Made by a program: the position numbers and the translations under genes
Notes under the pieces: model-generated
The model's database searches: none
The model's input: the letters and a program-made list of their open reading frames with translations, nothing else
What the model was told of the DNA's origin: nothing
Assembly (NCBI RefSeq): GCF_003918875.1
Contig: NW_025766503.1
Coordinates: 806,001 to 870,000, forward strand
Source: Haliotis rubra
Lineage: Eukaryota
Length of the DNA: 64,000 nt
Reading direction: 5' to 3'
Part shown: piece by piece, positions 27,423-40,620 of the stretch
How the letters are laid out: each line of letters begins with the position of its first letter
Numbering within the stretch: the stretch's first letter is position 1

Positions 27423-29250
27423 TCTGTCTGGTTAAATGTTATCAATTCTGGTCAGGAAGTATACATGTATACTGTCTGGTTAAATGGTTAAATGTTATCA
27501 ATTCTAGTCAGGAAGTATACGTGCATACTGTCTGGTTAAATGGTTAAATGTTATCAATTCTAGTCAGGAAGTATACATGCATACTGTCTGGTTAAATGGT
27601 TAAATGTTATCAATTCTAGTCAGGAAGTATACATGCATACTGTCTGGTTAAATGGTTAAATGTTATCAATTCTGGTCAGGAAGTATACGTGCATACTGTC
27701 TGGTTAAATGGTTAAATGTTATCAATTCTGGTCAGGAAGTATCACGTGTATACTGTCTGGTTAAATGGTTAAATGTTATCAATTCTAGTCAGGAAGTATA
27801 CATGCATACTGTCTGGTTAAATGGTTAAATGTTATCAGTTCTGGTCAGGAAGTATCACGCGGTATACTGTCTGGTTAAATGGTTAAATGTTATCAATTCT
27901 AGTCAGGAAGTATATAGAGAATACTACACGAGGTCTCATTACATATGAATTATACGAAGTAAGTTGTCCTTCCTATGGTATCTGACCTGTTTAAATTGAG
28001 GTCAGATACCATAGGAAGGTCACGAAGTTTCGTATGTAATGAGACCGAGTGTGGTATTTTATTTATTACCCACCTCTCACCTGCATAAAATTGACAAAAT
28101 AGCGTAGTTTTTGTTATTTTCAGGCTTTCAACCCTAAAACCAGTTTCATAAAGAGGTTGCAGAAGAATTTTGTTCTGTAGTACACTTTTGCATGACGCCA
28201 CACTGTATTGACGCCACTACGCCATACATTCTCGACTGTCCCCTTTGGTAACCGACGCCACGATGCATGTAAGTTGTCATCGCCTCGTACATCTTCCTAC
28301 AGTAAACTACTCCGTAGCACCCTCGCTTCTTGGTTTGCAATTGCTTCACTCGGCTAACATCACTGGTGGAAACATTGTCTTTATGTTTTTCAACGGATAT
28401 AAGGTCTCAATTCAACTCACAATTTAACAGCGATACGGGCAACGGTCGCAATGTTTACATTCCCACAATGCATATAAGTTGTAGAATGAATGAATGAATG
28501 AATGCTCGTGGTTTGTTATGAATGAACAAGTAGTTCCGTCACAACGCGTGACTCAAACTGAGAAGTCATCGGTTATCCAATCAAATTGTTATGGTTAAAT
28601 GTTATCAATTCTAGTCAGGAAGTATACATGCATACTGTCTGGTTAAATGGTTAAATGTTATCAATTCTAGTCAGGAAGTATACGTGCATACTGTCTGGTT
28701 AAATGGTTAAATGTTATCAATTCTAGTCAGGAAGTATACATGCATACTGTCTGGTTAAATGTTATCAATTCTAGTCAGGAAGTATACATGCATACTGTCT
28801 GGTTAAATGTTATCAATTCTAGTCAGGAAGTATACATGCATACTGTCTGGTTAAATGTTATCAATTCTAGTCAGGAAGTATACGTGCATACTGTCTGGTT
28901 AAATGGTTAAATGTTATCAATTCTGGTCAGGAAGTATACGTGCATACTGTCTGGTTAAATGTTATCAATTCTAGTCAGGAAGTATACATGCATACTTAAT
29001 GTCTGGTTAAATGTTATCAATTCTAGTCAGGAAGTATACATGCATACTGTCTGGTTAAATGTTATCAATTCTAGTCAGGAAGTATACGTGCATACTGTCT
29101 GGTTAAATGTTATCAATTCTAGTCAGGAAGTATACATGCATACTGTCTGGTTAAATGGTTAAATGTTATCAATTCTGGCCAGGAAGTATACGTGCATACT
29201 GTCTGGTTAAATGTTATCAATTCTAGTCAGGAAGTATACATGCATACTGC
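27423..29250. repeat. 56/48-bp minisatellite interrupted by an insertion at 27912-28590
   Basis: Unit ctgtctggttaaat(ggttaaat)gttatcaattctagtcaggaagtatacatgcata on both sides of the insert. Confidence 0.95.
27912..28590 (+). mobile_element. Young CpG-rich non-autonomous foldback element (Crypton-like)
   Basis: Begins atatagagaatac and has a ~140-nt hairpin at 27920-28058 followed by tttattacc. No TSD. It interrupts a satellite. Confidence 0.6.
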
Positions 29251-29262
29251 AGTACAACTTAC

Positions 29263-29268
29263 CTCAAA
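29263..29268 (-). other. Candidate 6-nt microexon (TTTGAG)
   Basis: Minus strand gtttttgtctcttgtgTAG|TTTGAG|GTAAGTtg; frame-preserving. Confidence 0.3.
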
Positions 29269-29604
29269 CTACACAAGAGACAAAAACTATTGGCACCTCT
29301 GGTTTAATGACATCACTCTGGGATTTAGGAAAATACATGCCCAATATATATACAACTTTGAAAAAGTGAGTTCCAGCCACCTAGTACTGAGTAGTGATCA
29401 CTTCTGTTTGTAAAAAACATACAGGCAATATATGATGGTTGGCTGATTAGTTCTGAGACACAAATAGAAGAAATAACACGATAGTGAAACCTGTTGTTGA
29501 GGACAGTACATGTCAGAGGTATATCCAGAAGATCTTTTCATTTTCATTTTCACTGATAAGTCACTAATTTATGCAGGGAGGCAGTGACCTTTGGAAAACT
29601 GAAA

Positions 29605-30830
29605 CATGAGTAACTTGCAGCGACCAAGTACTTACTGACACGGCATACCCCGAAGCTATTGGGAAAATAGGCATATATCAGCAGGGATGGAAGCCTTTTC
29701 CTATGCCATGAGTAACTTGCAGCGACCAAGTACTTACTGACATGGCATACCCCGAAGCTATTGGGAAAATAGGCATATATCAGCAGGGATGGAAGCCTTT
29801 TCCTATGCCATGAGTAACTTGCAGCGACCAAGTACTTACTGACACGGCATACCCCGAAGCTATTGGGAAAATAGGCATATATCAGCAGGGATGGAAGCCT
29901 TTTCCTATGCCATGAGTAACTTGCAGCGACCAAGTACTTACTGACACGGCATACCCCGAAGCTATTGGGAAAATAGGCATATATCAGCAGGGATGGAAGC
30001 CTTTTCCTATGCCATGAGTAACTTGCAGCGACCAAGTACTTACTGACATGGCATACCCCGAAGCTATTGGGAAAATAGGCATATATCAGCAGGGATGGAA
30101 GCCTTTTCCTATGCCATGAGTAACTTGCAGCGACCAAGTACTTACTGACATGGCATACCCCAAGCCATTGGGAAAATAGGCATATATCAGGAGGGATGGA
30201 AGCCTTTTCCTATGCCATGAGTAACTTGCAGCGCACCAAGTACTTACTGACACGGCATACACACGAAGCTATTGGGAAAATAGGCATATATCAGGAGGGA
30301 TGGAAGCCTTTTCCTATGCCATGAGTAACTTGAAGAGGCCAAGTACTTACTGACACGGCATACCCCGAAGCTATTGGGAAAATAGGCATATATCAGCAGG
30401 GATGGAAGCCTTTTCCTATGCCATGAGTAACTTGCAGAGGCCAAGTACTTACTGACACGGCATACCCGAAGCTATTGGGAAAATAGGCATATATCAGCAG
30501 GGATGGAAGCCTCCTTCCTATGCCATGAGTAACTCTGCAGAGACCAAGTACTTACTGACACGGCATACCCGAAGCTATTGGGAAAATAGGCATATATCAG
30601 CAGGGATGGAAGCCTTTTCCTATGCCATGAGTAACTTGCAGCGACCAAGTACTTACTGACACGGCATACCCCGAAGCTATTGGGAAAATAGGCATATATC
30701 AGCAGGGATGGAAGCCTTTTCCTATGCCATGAGTAACTTGCAGCGACCAAGTACTTACTGACACGGCATACCGAAGCTATTGGGAAAATAGGCATATATC
30801 AGCAGGGATTGAAGCCTTTTCCTATGCCAT
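29605..30830. repeat. 102-bp tandem repeat, ~12 copies
   Basis: Unit catgagtaacttgcagcgaccaagtacttactgacacggcataccccgaagctattgggaaaataggcatatatcagcagggatggaagccttttcctatgc. Confidence 0.96.
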
Positions 30831-31372
30831 GGTAAAAAGGTGGGCAACAGACTTTAAACTTTGCAGTGAGAACCTTGACGACAATTACAGTAATGGTCGG
30901 CCTGTCCCAGATGGCCAGCAACTTCAGAGAATTGATGAATGGTAAAAAATGACAGGTAAATGAGAGAGTGTCATAATGCATTTCCATGGTCAGAGTACAT
31001 TTCACAGAAAATTTGGCAATGAAGACAGCATCCATTCACTCAAGAACTTCTGCGAAAGTGGGATAAAATCCTTCCAACATCTTTGGCAAGAAAATATAAC
31101 ATTAGATGGGATTTGCTGAGGAAAAAAATAACTTTTTTAATGTCATTCAGTGAAGTTCTTCTATGTGAGACTCAGAACTTATCAATCACTCTTCCCAATA
31201 GATTCAATGCCATCCCTTTGCATTTAACTGAGAGATGTTTGGAAGTTTTAATGAACTCATCCAAAATGTCCTCAAATTTGAGCCATGTTAGATGTGACTC
31301 TTTGTGACGCTGACCACCAAAGAAGGTCACCAAACATTTATGCAATTGAGAAACCACACAAATGATCATATG

Positions 31373-31590
31373 TTTGAGTTTGTTCAAAATTGCCTCTGTT
31401 CTGACCCAGCAGAAAATGGGTACCTGGTGGAATAAGTCATGTGACTATCAACCTTCTAGCGCCTCACAGGCAGCTTGGGTTATCTGAGGTAATAATAATC
31501 AGACTGAGCAATCTGAGCAGGATATGAAGCCTGGAAAGGCACGTTATAAATATTCTGATTATTTTCATTATTATTATTATGATTGCATAC
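31373..31590 (+). mobile_element. SINE fragment (second family) with (TTA)n tail
   Basis: Core cctctgttc..acccagcagaaaatgggtacc, then agcgcctc, ...cgttataaat and ttattattattat. An inverted copy lies at 32095-32280. Confidence 0.65.
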
Positions 31591-31665
31591 ACAAGAGTCA
31601 TATTATTTGATGTTAGCTTAAAAAGGTCCCATACTTTACTGATAATACACTCTGAATGAATGAAT

Positions 31666-32030
31666 AACAAGAAATGTGAACATGTTGTTAGTAACTATCT
31701 GAACTGAAAAATGCTTCGATTTTAAATGAACTAACCTGAACTTTCCACAAATGGCTTGGTGTATTTCACAATGTGACCTCTTTTGACCATAACATAACTT
31801 GGAAGTCACTCAATGTGATTGGGATGCCAGGGAATGAACCTGTATACCAAGTTTCCACAAATTCCAGTAAAGATTTCTGTGATACAGAAGACACAAACTT
31901 CTCTAAGTACATACATACATACGGAGTAAGTGACCTGGCTATCTTGAGAACAATCATGGAGTGACGACAGCTTGTTACAATATTCATATCACAAGGGTCT
32001 TTTTCTTCAAAAACACATCTGGTATACATC
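31666..32030 (+). mobile_element. Degenerate HINE-like fragment
   Basis: aacaagaaatgt start, tgacct...tataccaagtttc core-like unit, and a (TACA)n microsatellite. Confidence 0.4.
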
Positions 32031-32094
32031 TAAACTGATCTTAGATACATTAAATGAACAAATGGGTGATAGGGGCATCTCTAATACAATCTAA

Positions 32095-32280
32095 GGCCAC
32101 TTATATAGCACTAGTCTCCATGCTGCACGGACATGCTGTAAGCAACATAGTGGACACTATTACCTCAGATAACCCAAACTGCCTGTGAGGCGCTAGAGGG
32201 TTAACAGTCACATGACTTATTCCACAGGGTACCCATTTTCTGCTGGGTGAACAGAGGCAATTCATGACCAAACTCAAACT
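32095..32280 (-). mobile_element. SINE fragment, inverted copy of the 31373 element
   Basis: 32158-32279 is a near reverse complement of 31373-31494. Confidence 0.7.
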
Positions 32281-33157
32281 TGCCTAAGGTGAGACAACAT
32301 GTGTCACATGTGCTTCGTTGTGGGGCAGGACTGACATCCTAGAAACTCTCAGGAGTTATATGTGCCATTGTTCACTTGTCTAATTTGAAGCAAAAATAGC
32401 AAGCGTTACTTTTCCCTGCATTGTTTCCTTTTGAGGAAAATAGATAACATATTGTAGAACAGCAAAATTCAGAAATAGAGTTCAAATATTCCCCCAAGTG
32501 AACATCAGTTGGGCCTTGAACTACACTTTAACTCTGCCACCTGAGACAAATCATCCCCATTGCAAGTTAGCAGTTCCCTAAATAGGCAACCCATATTCAT
32601 GAACCGACCAAGGAAAGTGATTGCCAGGAGAGTAATTATCTCAACTTTATTGCCTTGCCCATAGCAAAATTAAAGTCATATCAGTGATGTGCTTTGACGT
32701 CCAAAGAGCAAGCCCCAAATTGTCCTGTACTGGCTATAGCAGTATCACTCACATGAATGTCTTCATCTCCCAGTATATCAACTCTACAATGGAAACCATA
32801 CCCAGTCAATTTGCCCCACATTAATCGGATAGAGTTCTAAGAACAAGATCACACTAAAATCACAAATTACATTATAATCAAGCTAATGAAGTGTTCAAGG
32901 AAGTCTTTTGTGTGTCATAGTTACTGTTCCCACATAATTTAAGTGATAATTCACTTCAGGACATGTAGTAATTTTAAATTCTTCAAAAATCACTTCAATC
33001 ACATCATTGTTTTACAAAAACACATCTCAACACACAATAATTGTAATAAATAATGAATATTTTGACTGACCGTAACAGTTACACATGTTATATTTGGGAT
33101 TACACCTTCCCAGTAAAGTACAGATTCTAGTACTTTAGCTGGGTTGAGTCTCATCCA

Positions 33158-36100
33158 AGAAGTAGTTGAGATCTAGGAAGGTGATGTTGTGGTTATGTAT
33201 GTGATGATCAACAACCAGAAGGGAATGTATCAGTGTACCTAGAAGTAGTTGAGATCTGGGAGGGTGATGTTGTGGTTATGTATGTGATGATCAACAACCA
33301 GAAGGGAATGTATCACTGTACCTAGAAGTAGTTGAGATCTGGGAGGGTGATGTTGTGGTTATGTATGTGATGATCAACAACCAGAAGGGAATGTATCAGT
33401 GTACCTAGAAGTAGTTGAGATCTGGGAGGGTGATGTTGTGGTTATGTATGTGATGATCAACAACCAAAAGGAATGTATCAGTGTACCTAGAAGTAGTTGA
33501 GATCTGGGAGGGTGATGTTGTGGTTATGTATGTGATGATCAACAACCAGAAGGGAATGTATCACTGTACCTAGAAGTAGTTGAGATCTGGGAGGGTGATG
33601 TTGTGGTTATGTATGTGATGATCAACAACCAGAAGGGAATGTATCACTGTACCTAGAAGTAGTTGAGATCTGGGAGGGTGATGTTGTGGTTATGTATGTG
33701 ATGATCAACAACCAGAAGGGAATGTATCACTGTACCTAGAAGTGGTTGTGATCTGGGAGGGTGATGTTGTGGTTATGTATGTGATGATCAACAACCAGAA
33801 GGGAATGTATCAGTGTACCTAGAAGTAGTTGAGATCTGGGAGGGTGATGTTGTGGTTATGTATGTGATGATCAACAACCAGAAGGGAATGTATCACTGTA
33901 CCTAGAAGTAGTTGAGATCTGGGAGGGTGATGTTGTGGTTATGTATGTGATGATCAACAACCAGAAGGGAATGTATCAGTGTACCTAGAAGTAGTTGAGA
34001 TCTGGGAGGGTGATGTTGTGGTTATGTATGTGATGATCAACAACCAGAAGGGAATGTATCAGTGTACCTAGAAGTAGTTGAGATCTGGGAGGGTGATGTT
34101 GTGGTTATGTATGTGATGATCAACAACCAGAAGGGAATGTATCAGTGTACCTAGAAGTAGTTGAGATCTGGGAGGGTGATGTTGTGGTTATGTATGTGAT
34201 GATCAACAACCAGAAGGGAATGTATCAGTGTACCTAGAAGTAGTTGAGATCTGGGAGGGTGATGTTGTGGTTATGTATGTGATGATCAACAACCAGAAGG
34301 GAATGTATCAGTGTACCTAGAAGTAGTTGAGATCTGGGAGGGTGATGTTGTGGTTATGTATGTGATGATCAACAACCAGAAGGGAATGTATCACTGTACC
34401 TAGAAGTAGTTGAGATCTGGGAGGGTGATGTTGTGGTTATGTATGTGATGATCAACAACCAGAAGGGAATGTATCAGTGTACCTAGAAGTAGTTGAGATC
34501 TGGGAGGGTGATGTTGTGGTTATGTATGTGATGATCAACAACCAGAAGGGAATGTATCAGTGTACCTAGAAGTAGTTGAGATCTGGGAGGGTGATGTTGT
34601 GGTTATGTATGTGATGATCAACAACCAGAAGGGAATGTATCACTGTACCTAGAAGTAGTTGAGATCTGGGAGGGTGATGTTGTGGTTATGTATGTGATGA
34701 TCAACAACCAGAAGGGAATGTATCAGTGTACCTAGAAGTAGTTGAGATCTGGGAGGGTGATGTTGTGGTTATGTATGTGATGATCAACAACCAGAAGGGA
34801 ATGTATCAGTGTACCTAGAAGTAGTTGAGATCTGGGAGGGTGATGTTGTGGTTATGTATGTGATGATCAACAACCAGAAGGGAATGTATCAGTGTACCTA
34901 GAAGTAGTTGAGATCTGGGAGGGTGATGTTGTGGTTATGTATGTGATGATCAACAACCAGAAGGGAATGTATCAGTGTACCTAGAAGTAGTTGAGATCTG
35001 GGAGGGTGATGTTGTGGTTATGTATGTGATGATCAACAACCAGAAGGGAATGTATCACTGTACCTAGAAGTAGTTGAGATCTGGGAGGGTGATGTTGTGG
35101 TTATGTATGTGATGATCAACAACCAGAAGGGAATGTATCAGTGTACCTAGAAGTAGTGAGATCTGGGAGGGTGATGTTGTGGTTATGTATGTGATGATCA
35201 ACAACCAGAAGGGAATGTATCACTGTACCTAGAAGTAGTTGAGATCTGGGAGGGTGATGTTGTGGTTATGTATGTGATGATCAACAACCAGAAGGGAATG
35301 TATCAGTGTACCTAGAAGTAGTTGAGATCTGGGAGGGTGATGTTGTGGTTATGTATGTGATGATCAACAACCAGAAGGGAATGTATCACTGTACCTAGAA
35401 GTAGTTGAGATCTGGGAGGGTGATGTTGTGGTTATGTATGTGATGATCAACAACCAGAAGGGAATGTATCAGTGTACCTAGAAGTAGTTGAGATCTGGGA
35501 GGGTGATGTTGTGGTTATGTATGTGATGATCAACAACCAGAAGGGAATGTATCACTGTACCTAGAAGTAGTTGAGATCTGGGAGGGTGATGTTGTGGTTA
35601 TGTATGTGATGATCAACAACCAGAAGGGAATGTATCAGTGTACCTAGAAGTAGTTGAGATCTGGGAGGGTGATGTTGTGGTTATGTATGTGATGATCAAC
35701 AACCAGAAGGGAATGTATCACTGTACCTAGAAGTAGTTGAGATCTGGGAGGGTGATGTTGTGGTTATGTATGTGATGATCAACAACCAGAAGGGAATGTA
35801 TCACTGTACCTAGAAGTAGTTGAGATCTGGGAGGGTGATGTTGTGGTTATGTATGTGATGATCAACAACCAGAAGGGAATGTATCAGTGTACCTAGAAGT
35901 AGCCTATCTGGGAGGGTGATGTTGCTGATCTGGGAAGGGTGATGTTGTGGTTATGTATGTGATGATCAACAACCAGAAGGGAATGTATCAGTGTACCTAG
36001 AAGTAGTTGAGATCTGGGAGGGTGATGTTGTGGTTATGTATGTGATGATCAACAACCAGAAGGGAATGTATCACTGTACCTAGAAGTAGTTGAGATCTGG

Positions 36101-39100
36101 GAGGGTGATGTTGTGGTTATGTATGTGATGATCAACAACCAGAAGGGAATGTATCAGTGTACCTAGAAGTAGTTGAGATCTGGGAGGGTGATGTTGTGGT
36201 TATGTATGTGATGATCAACAACCAGAAGGAAGGGAATGTATCACTGTACCTAGAAGTAGTTGAGATCTGGGAGGGTGATGTTGTGGTTATGTATGTGATG
36301 ATCAACAACCAGAAGGGAATGTATCAGTGTACCTAGAAGTAGTTGAGATCTGGGAGGGTGATGTTGTGGTTATGTATGTGATGATCAACAACCAGAAGGG
36401 AATGTATCAGTGTACCTAGAAGTAGTTGAGATCTGGGAGGGTGATGTTGTGGTTATGTATGTGATGATCAACAACCAGAAGGGAATGTATCAGTGTACCT
36501 AGAAGTAGTTGAGATCTGGGAGGGTGATGTTGTGGTTATGTATGTGATGATCAACAACCAGAAGGGAATGTATCACTGTACCTAGAAGTAGTTGAGATCT
36601 GGGAGGGTGATGTTGTGGTTATGTATGTGATGATCAACAACCAGAAGGGAATGTATCACTGTACCTAGAAGTAGTTGAGATCTGGGAGGGTGATGTTGTG
36701 GTTATGTATGTGATGATCAACAACCAGAAGGGAATGTATCACTGTACCTAGAAGTAGTTGAGATCTGGGAGGGTGATGTTGTGGTTATGTATGTGATGAT
36801 CAACAACCAGAAGGGAATGTATCAGTGTACCTAGAAGTAGTTGAGATCTGGGAGGGTGATGTTGTGGTTATGTATGTGATGATCAACAACCAGAAGTGTA
36901 TCAGTGTACCTAGAAGTAGTTGAGATCTGGGAGGGTGATGTTGTGGTTATGTATGTGATGATCAACAACCAGAAGGGAATGTATCACTGTACCTAGAAGT
37001 AGTTGAGATCTGGGAGGGTGATGTTGTGGTTATGTATGTGATGATCAACAACCAGAAGGGAATGTATCAGTGTACCTAGAAGTAGTTGAGATCTGGGAGG
37101 GTGATGTTGTGGTTATGTATGTGATGATCAACAACCAGAAGGGAATGTATCAACTGTACCCTACAAAGTAGTTGAGATCTGGGAGGGTGATGTTGTGGTT
37201 ATGTATGTGATGATCAACAACCAGAAGGGAATGTATCAGTGTACCTAGAAGTAGGTTTGAGATCTGGGAGGGTGATGTTGTGGTTATGTATGTAATGATC
37301 AACAACCAGAAGGGAATGTATGAGTGTACCTAGAAGTGGTTGAGATCTGGGAGGGTGATGTTGTGGTTATGTATGTGATGATCAACAACCAGAAGGGAAT
37401 GTATCACTGTACCTAGAAGTAGTTGAGATCTGGGAGGGTGATGTTGTGGTTATGTATGTGATGATCAACAACCAGAAGGGAATGTATCACTGTACCTAGA
37501 AGTGGTTGAGATCTGGGAGGGTGATGTTGTGGTTATGTATGTGATGATCAACAACCAGAAGGGAATGTATCACTGTACCTAGAAGTAGTTGAGATCTGGG
37601 AGGGTGATGTTGTGGTTATGTATGTGATGATCAACAACCAGAAGGAATGTATCAGTGTACCTAGAAGTAGTTGAGATCTGGGAGGGTGATGTTGTGGTTA
37701 TGTATGTGATGATCAACAACCAGAAGGGAATGTATCAGTGTACCTAGAAGTAGTTGAGATCTGGGAGGGTGATGTTGTGGTTATGTATGTGATGATCAAC
37801 AACCAGAAGGGAATGTATCTGTACCTAGAAGTAGTTGAGATCTGGGAGGGTGATGTTGTGGTTATGTATGTGATGATCAACAACCAGAAGGGAATGTATC
37901 AGTGTACCTAGAAGTAGTTGTGATCTGGGAGGGTGATGTTGTGGTTATGTATGTGATGATCAACAACCAGAAGGGAATGTATCACTGTACCTAGAAGTAG
38001 TTGAGATCTGGGAGGGTGATGTTGTGGTTATGTATGTGATGATCAACAACCAGAAGGGAATGTATCAGTGTACCTAGAAGTAGTTGAGATCTGGGAGGGT
38101 GATGTTGTGGTTATGTATGTGATGATCAACAACCAGAAGGGAATGTATCAGTGTACCTAGAAGTAGTTGAGATCTGGGAGGGTGATGTTGTGGTTATGTA
38201 TGTGATGATCAACAACCAGAAGGGAATGTATCACTGTACCTAGAAGTAGTTGAGATCTGGGAGGGTGATGTTGTGGTTATGTATGTGATGATCAACAACC
38301 AGAAGGGAATGTATCAGTGTACCTAGAAGTAGGTTGAGATCTGGGAGGGTGATGTTGTGGTTATGTATGTGATGATCAACAACCAGAGGGAATGTATCAC
38401 TGTACCTAGAAGTAGTTGAGATCTGGGAGGGTGATGTTGTGGTTATGTATGTGATGATCAACAACCAGAAGGGAATGTATCAGTGTACCTAGAAGTAGTT
38501 GAGATCTGGGAGGGTGATGTTGTGGTTATGTATGTGATGATCAACAACCAGAAGGGAATGTATCAGTGTACCTAGAAGTGGTTGAGATCTGGGAGGGTGA
38601 TGTTGTGGTTATGTATGTGATGATCAACAACCAGAAGGGAATGTATCAGTGTACCTAGAAGTAGTTGTGATCTGGGAGGGTGATGTTGTGGTTATGTATG
38701 TGATGATCAACAACCAGAAGGGAATGTATCACTGTACCTAGAAGTAGTTGAGATCTGGGAGGGTGATGTTGTGGTTATGTATGTGATGATCAACAACCAG
38801 AAGGGAATGTATCACTGTACCTAGAAGTAGTTGAGATCTGGGAGGGTGATGTTGTGGTTATGTATGTGATGATCAACAACCAGAAGGGAATGTATCAGTG
38901 TACCTAGAAGTAGTTGAGATCTGGGAGGGTGATGTTGTGGTTATGTATGTGATGATCAACAACCAGAAGGGAATGTATCACTGTACCTAGAAGTAGTTGA
39001 GATCTGGGAGGGTGATGTTGTGGTTATGTATGTGATGATCAACAACCAGAAGGGAATGTATCAGTGTACCTAGAAGTAGTTGAGATCTGGGAGGGTGATG

Positions 39101-39782
39101 TTGTGGTTATGTATGTGATGATCAACAACCAGAAGGGAATGTATCAGTGTACCTAGAAGTAGTTGAGATCTGGGAGGGTGATGTTGTGGTTATGTATGTG
39201 ATGATCAACAACCAGAAGGGAATGTATCACTGTACCTAGAAGTAGTTGAGATCTGGGAGGGTGATGTTGTGGTTATGTATGTGATGATCAACAACCAGAA
39301 GGGAATGTATCAGTGTACCTAGAAGTAGTTGAGATCTGGGAGGGTGATGTTGTGGTTATGTATGTGATGATCAACAACCAGAAGGAATGTATCACTGTAC
39401 CTAGAAGTAGTTGAGATCTGGGAGGGTGATGTTGTGGTTATGTATGTGATGATCAACAACCAGAAGGGAATGTATCAGTGTACCTAGAAGTAGTTGAGAT
39501 CTGGGGGAGGGTGATGTTGTGGTTATGTATGTGATGATCAACAACCAGAAGGGAATGTATCAGTGTACCTAGAAGTAGTTGAGATCTGGGAGGGTGATGT
39601 TGTGGTTATGTATGTGATGATCAACAACCAGAAGGGAATGTATCAGTGTACCTAGAAGTAGTTGAGATCTGGGAGGGTGATGTTGTGGTTATGTATGTGA
39701 TGATCAACAACCAGAAGGGAATGTATCACTGTACCTAGAAGTGGTTGAGATCTGGGAGGGTGATGTTGTATGTGATGATCAA
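33158..39782. repeat. 83-bp satellite array, ~80 near-identical copies (6.6 kb)
   Basis: Unit agaagtagttgagatctgggagggtgatgttgtggttatgtatgtgatgatcaacaaccagaagggaatgtatca(g/c)tgtacct; the period was checked at 33158, 33241 and 33324. Confidence 0.98.
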
Positions 39783-40339
39783 TGTAAATGGAGCAATGTT
39801 TGTGTTATACAATAAAATAAAGTCTCACTTTGTATGTTGAGGTAATTACTGAACCCGAGTATTCTTAACCTCATCACTATAAGCAATACACAGTATGTTC
39901 CGCTCAAATAAAACAGCTTAACCAATGTTGACAAGGTTTCAACATTACATGATATGTTTTAAAGATGTGAGATTGAATTGTACTAGATTCTATTGAGTTA
40001 TTTTATTTCATTTTGGCAATAAAATAGCTGAGAGCAGCAATGACTTTTCACTAGCGAAATATATTTTGTGAACTTCCAAACATTTTTGTGAACTTTGGGA
40101 TTTATACCAGAGACGATATTATCAATGGAAAAATGCTCAAAGAGTACCACAAAGACAATTTTGCCGATATTGCATGTTTTTTTGGGAAAAAAAACCCAGC
40201 AAGTGTTAGGGAAAAACAGTTTTTAGCGTTCAAAGATCTGGTATCAATCCCATATCAAGACCACTTGTAAGAATTCTTACAGGTATGTTGTCTTGATGAC
40301 ACTGTGAAAATGACAGATGGGGAGCTATAGCAACGCTTG

Positions 40340-40620
40340 AATCTGGTACTTTGCAGTGTGATGTCTCCCATCAATACTACAGGAACACTACATGCCACTT
40401 CTGCCAACGTTATCAATAGAATGACCTCGTCACATACACAGGCATATCTGCAAGTACAACCTGACAATGTGTTAGGAGCAAAATACACCTTGGACCTGAT
40501 GGTAGTATATCAGACTGTTTCTTGTGCACAGTGGAGAAGTGTCCTCTTCAAAGGTGAGTCACGTTTCCTTTTTGCTTCTTTGACAGGACACATGCCCTCA
40601 GGCATCAAAGTGAATGTAAC
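40340..40620 (+). pseudogene. Highly decayed Tc1 transposase fragment
   Basis: ORF 40337..40624 contains QWRSVLFKGESRF, matching the Tc1 WxxVLFSDESRF motif around the first catalytic Asp. Confidence 0.5.

Noticed and set aside
33158-39782. CRISPR-like periodicity in this and other arrays
   Set aside because: There are no unique spacers and no cas genes, and the context is eukaryotic.
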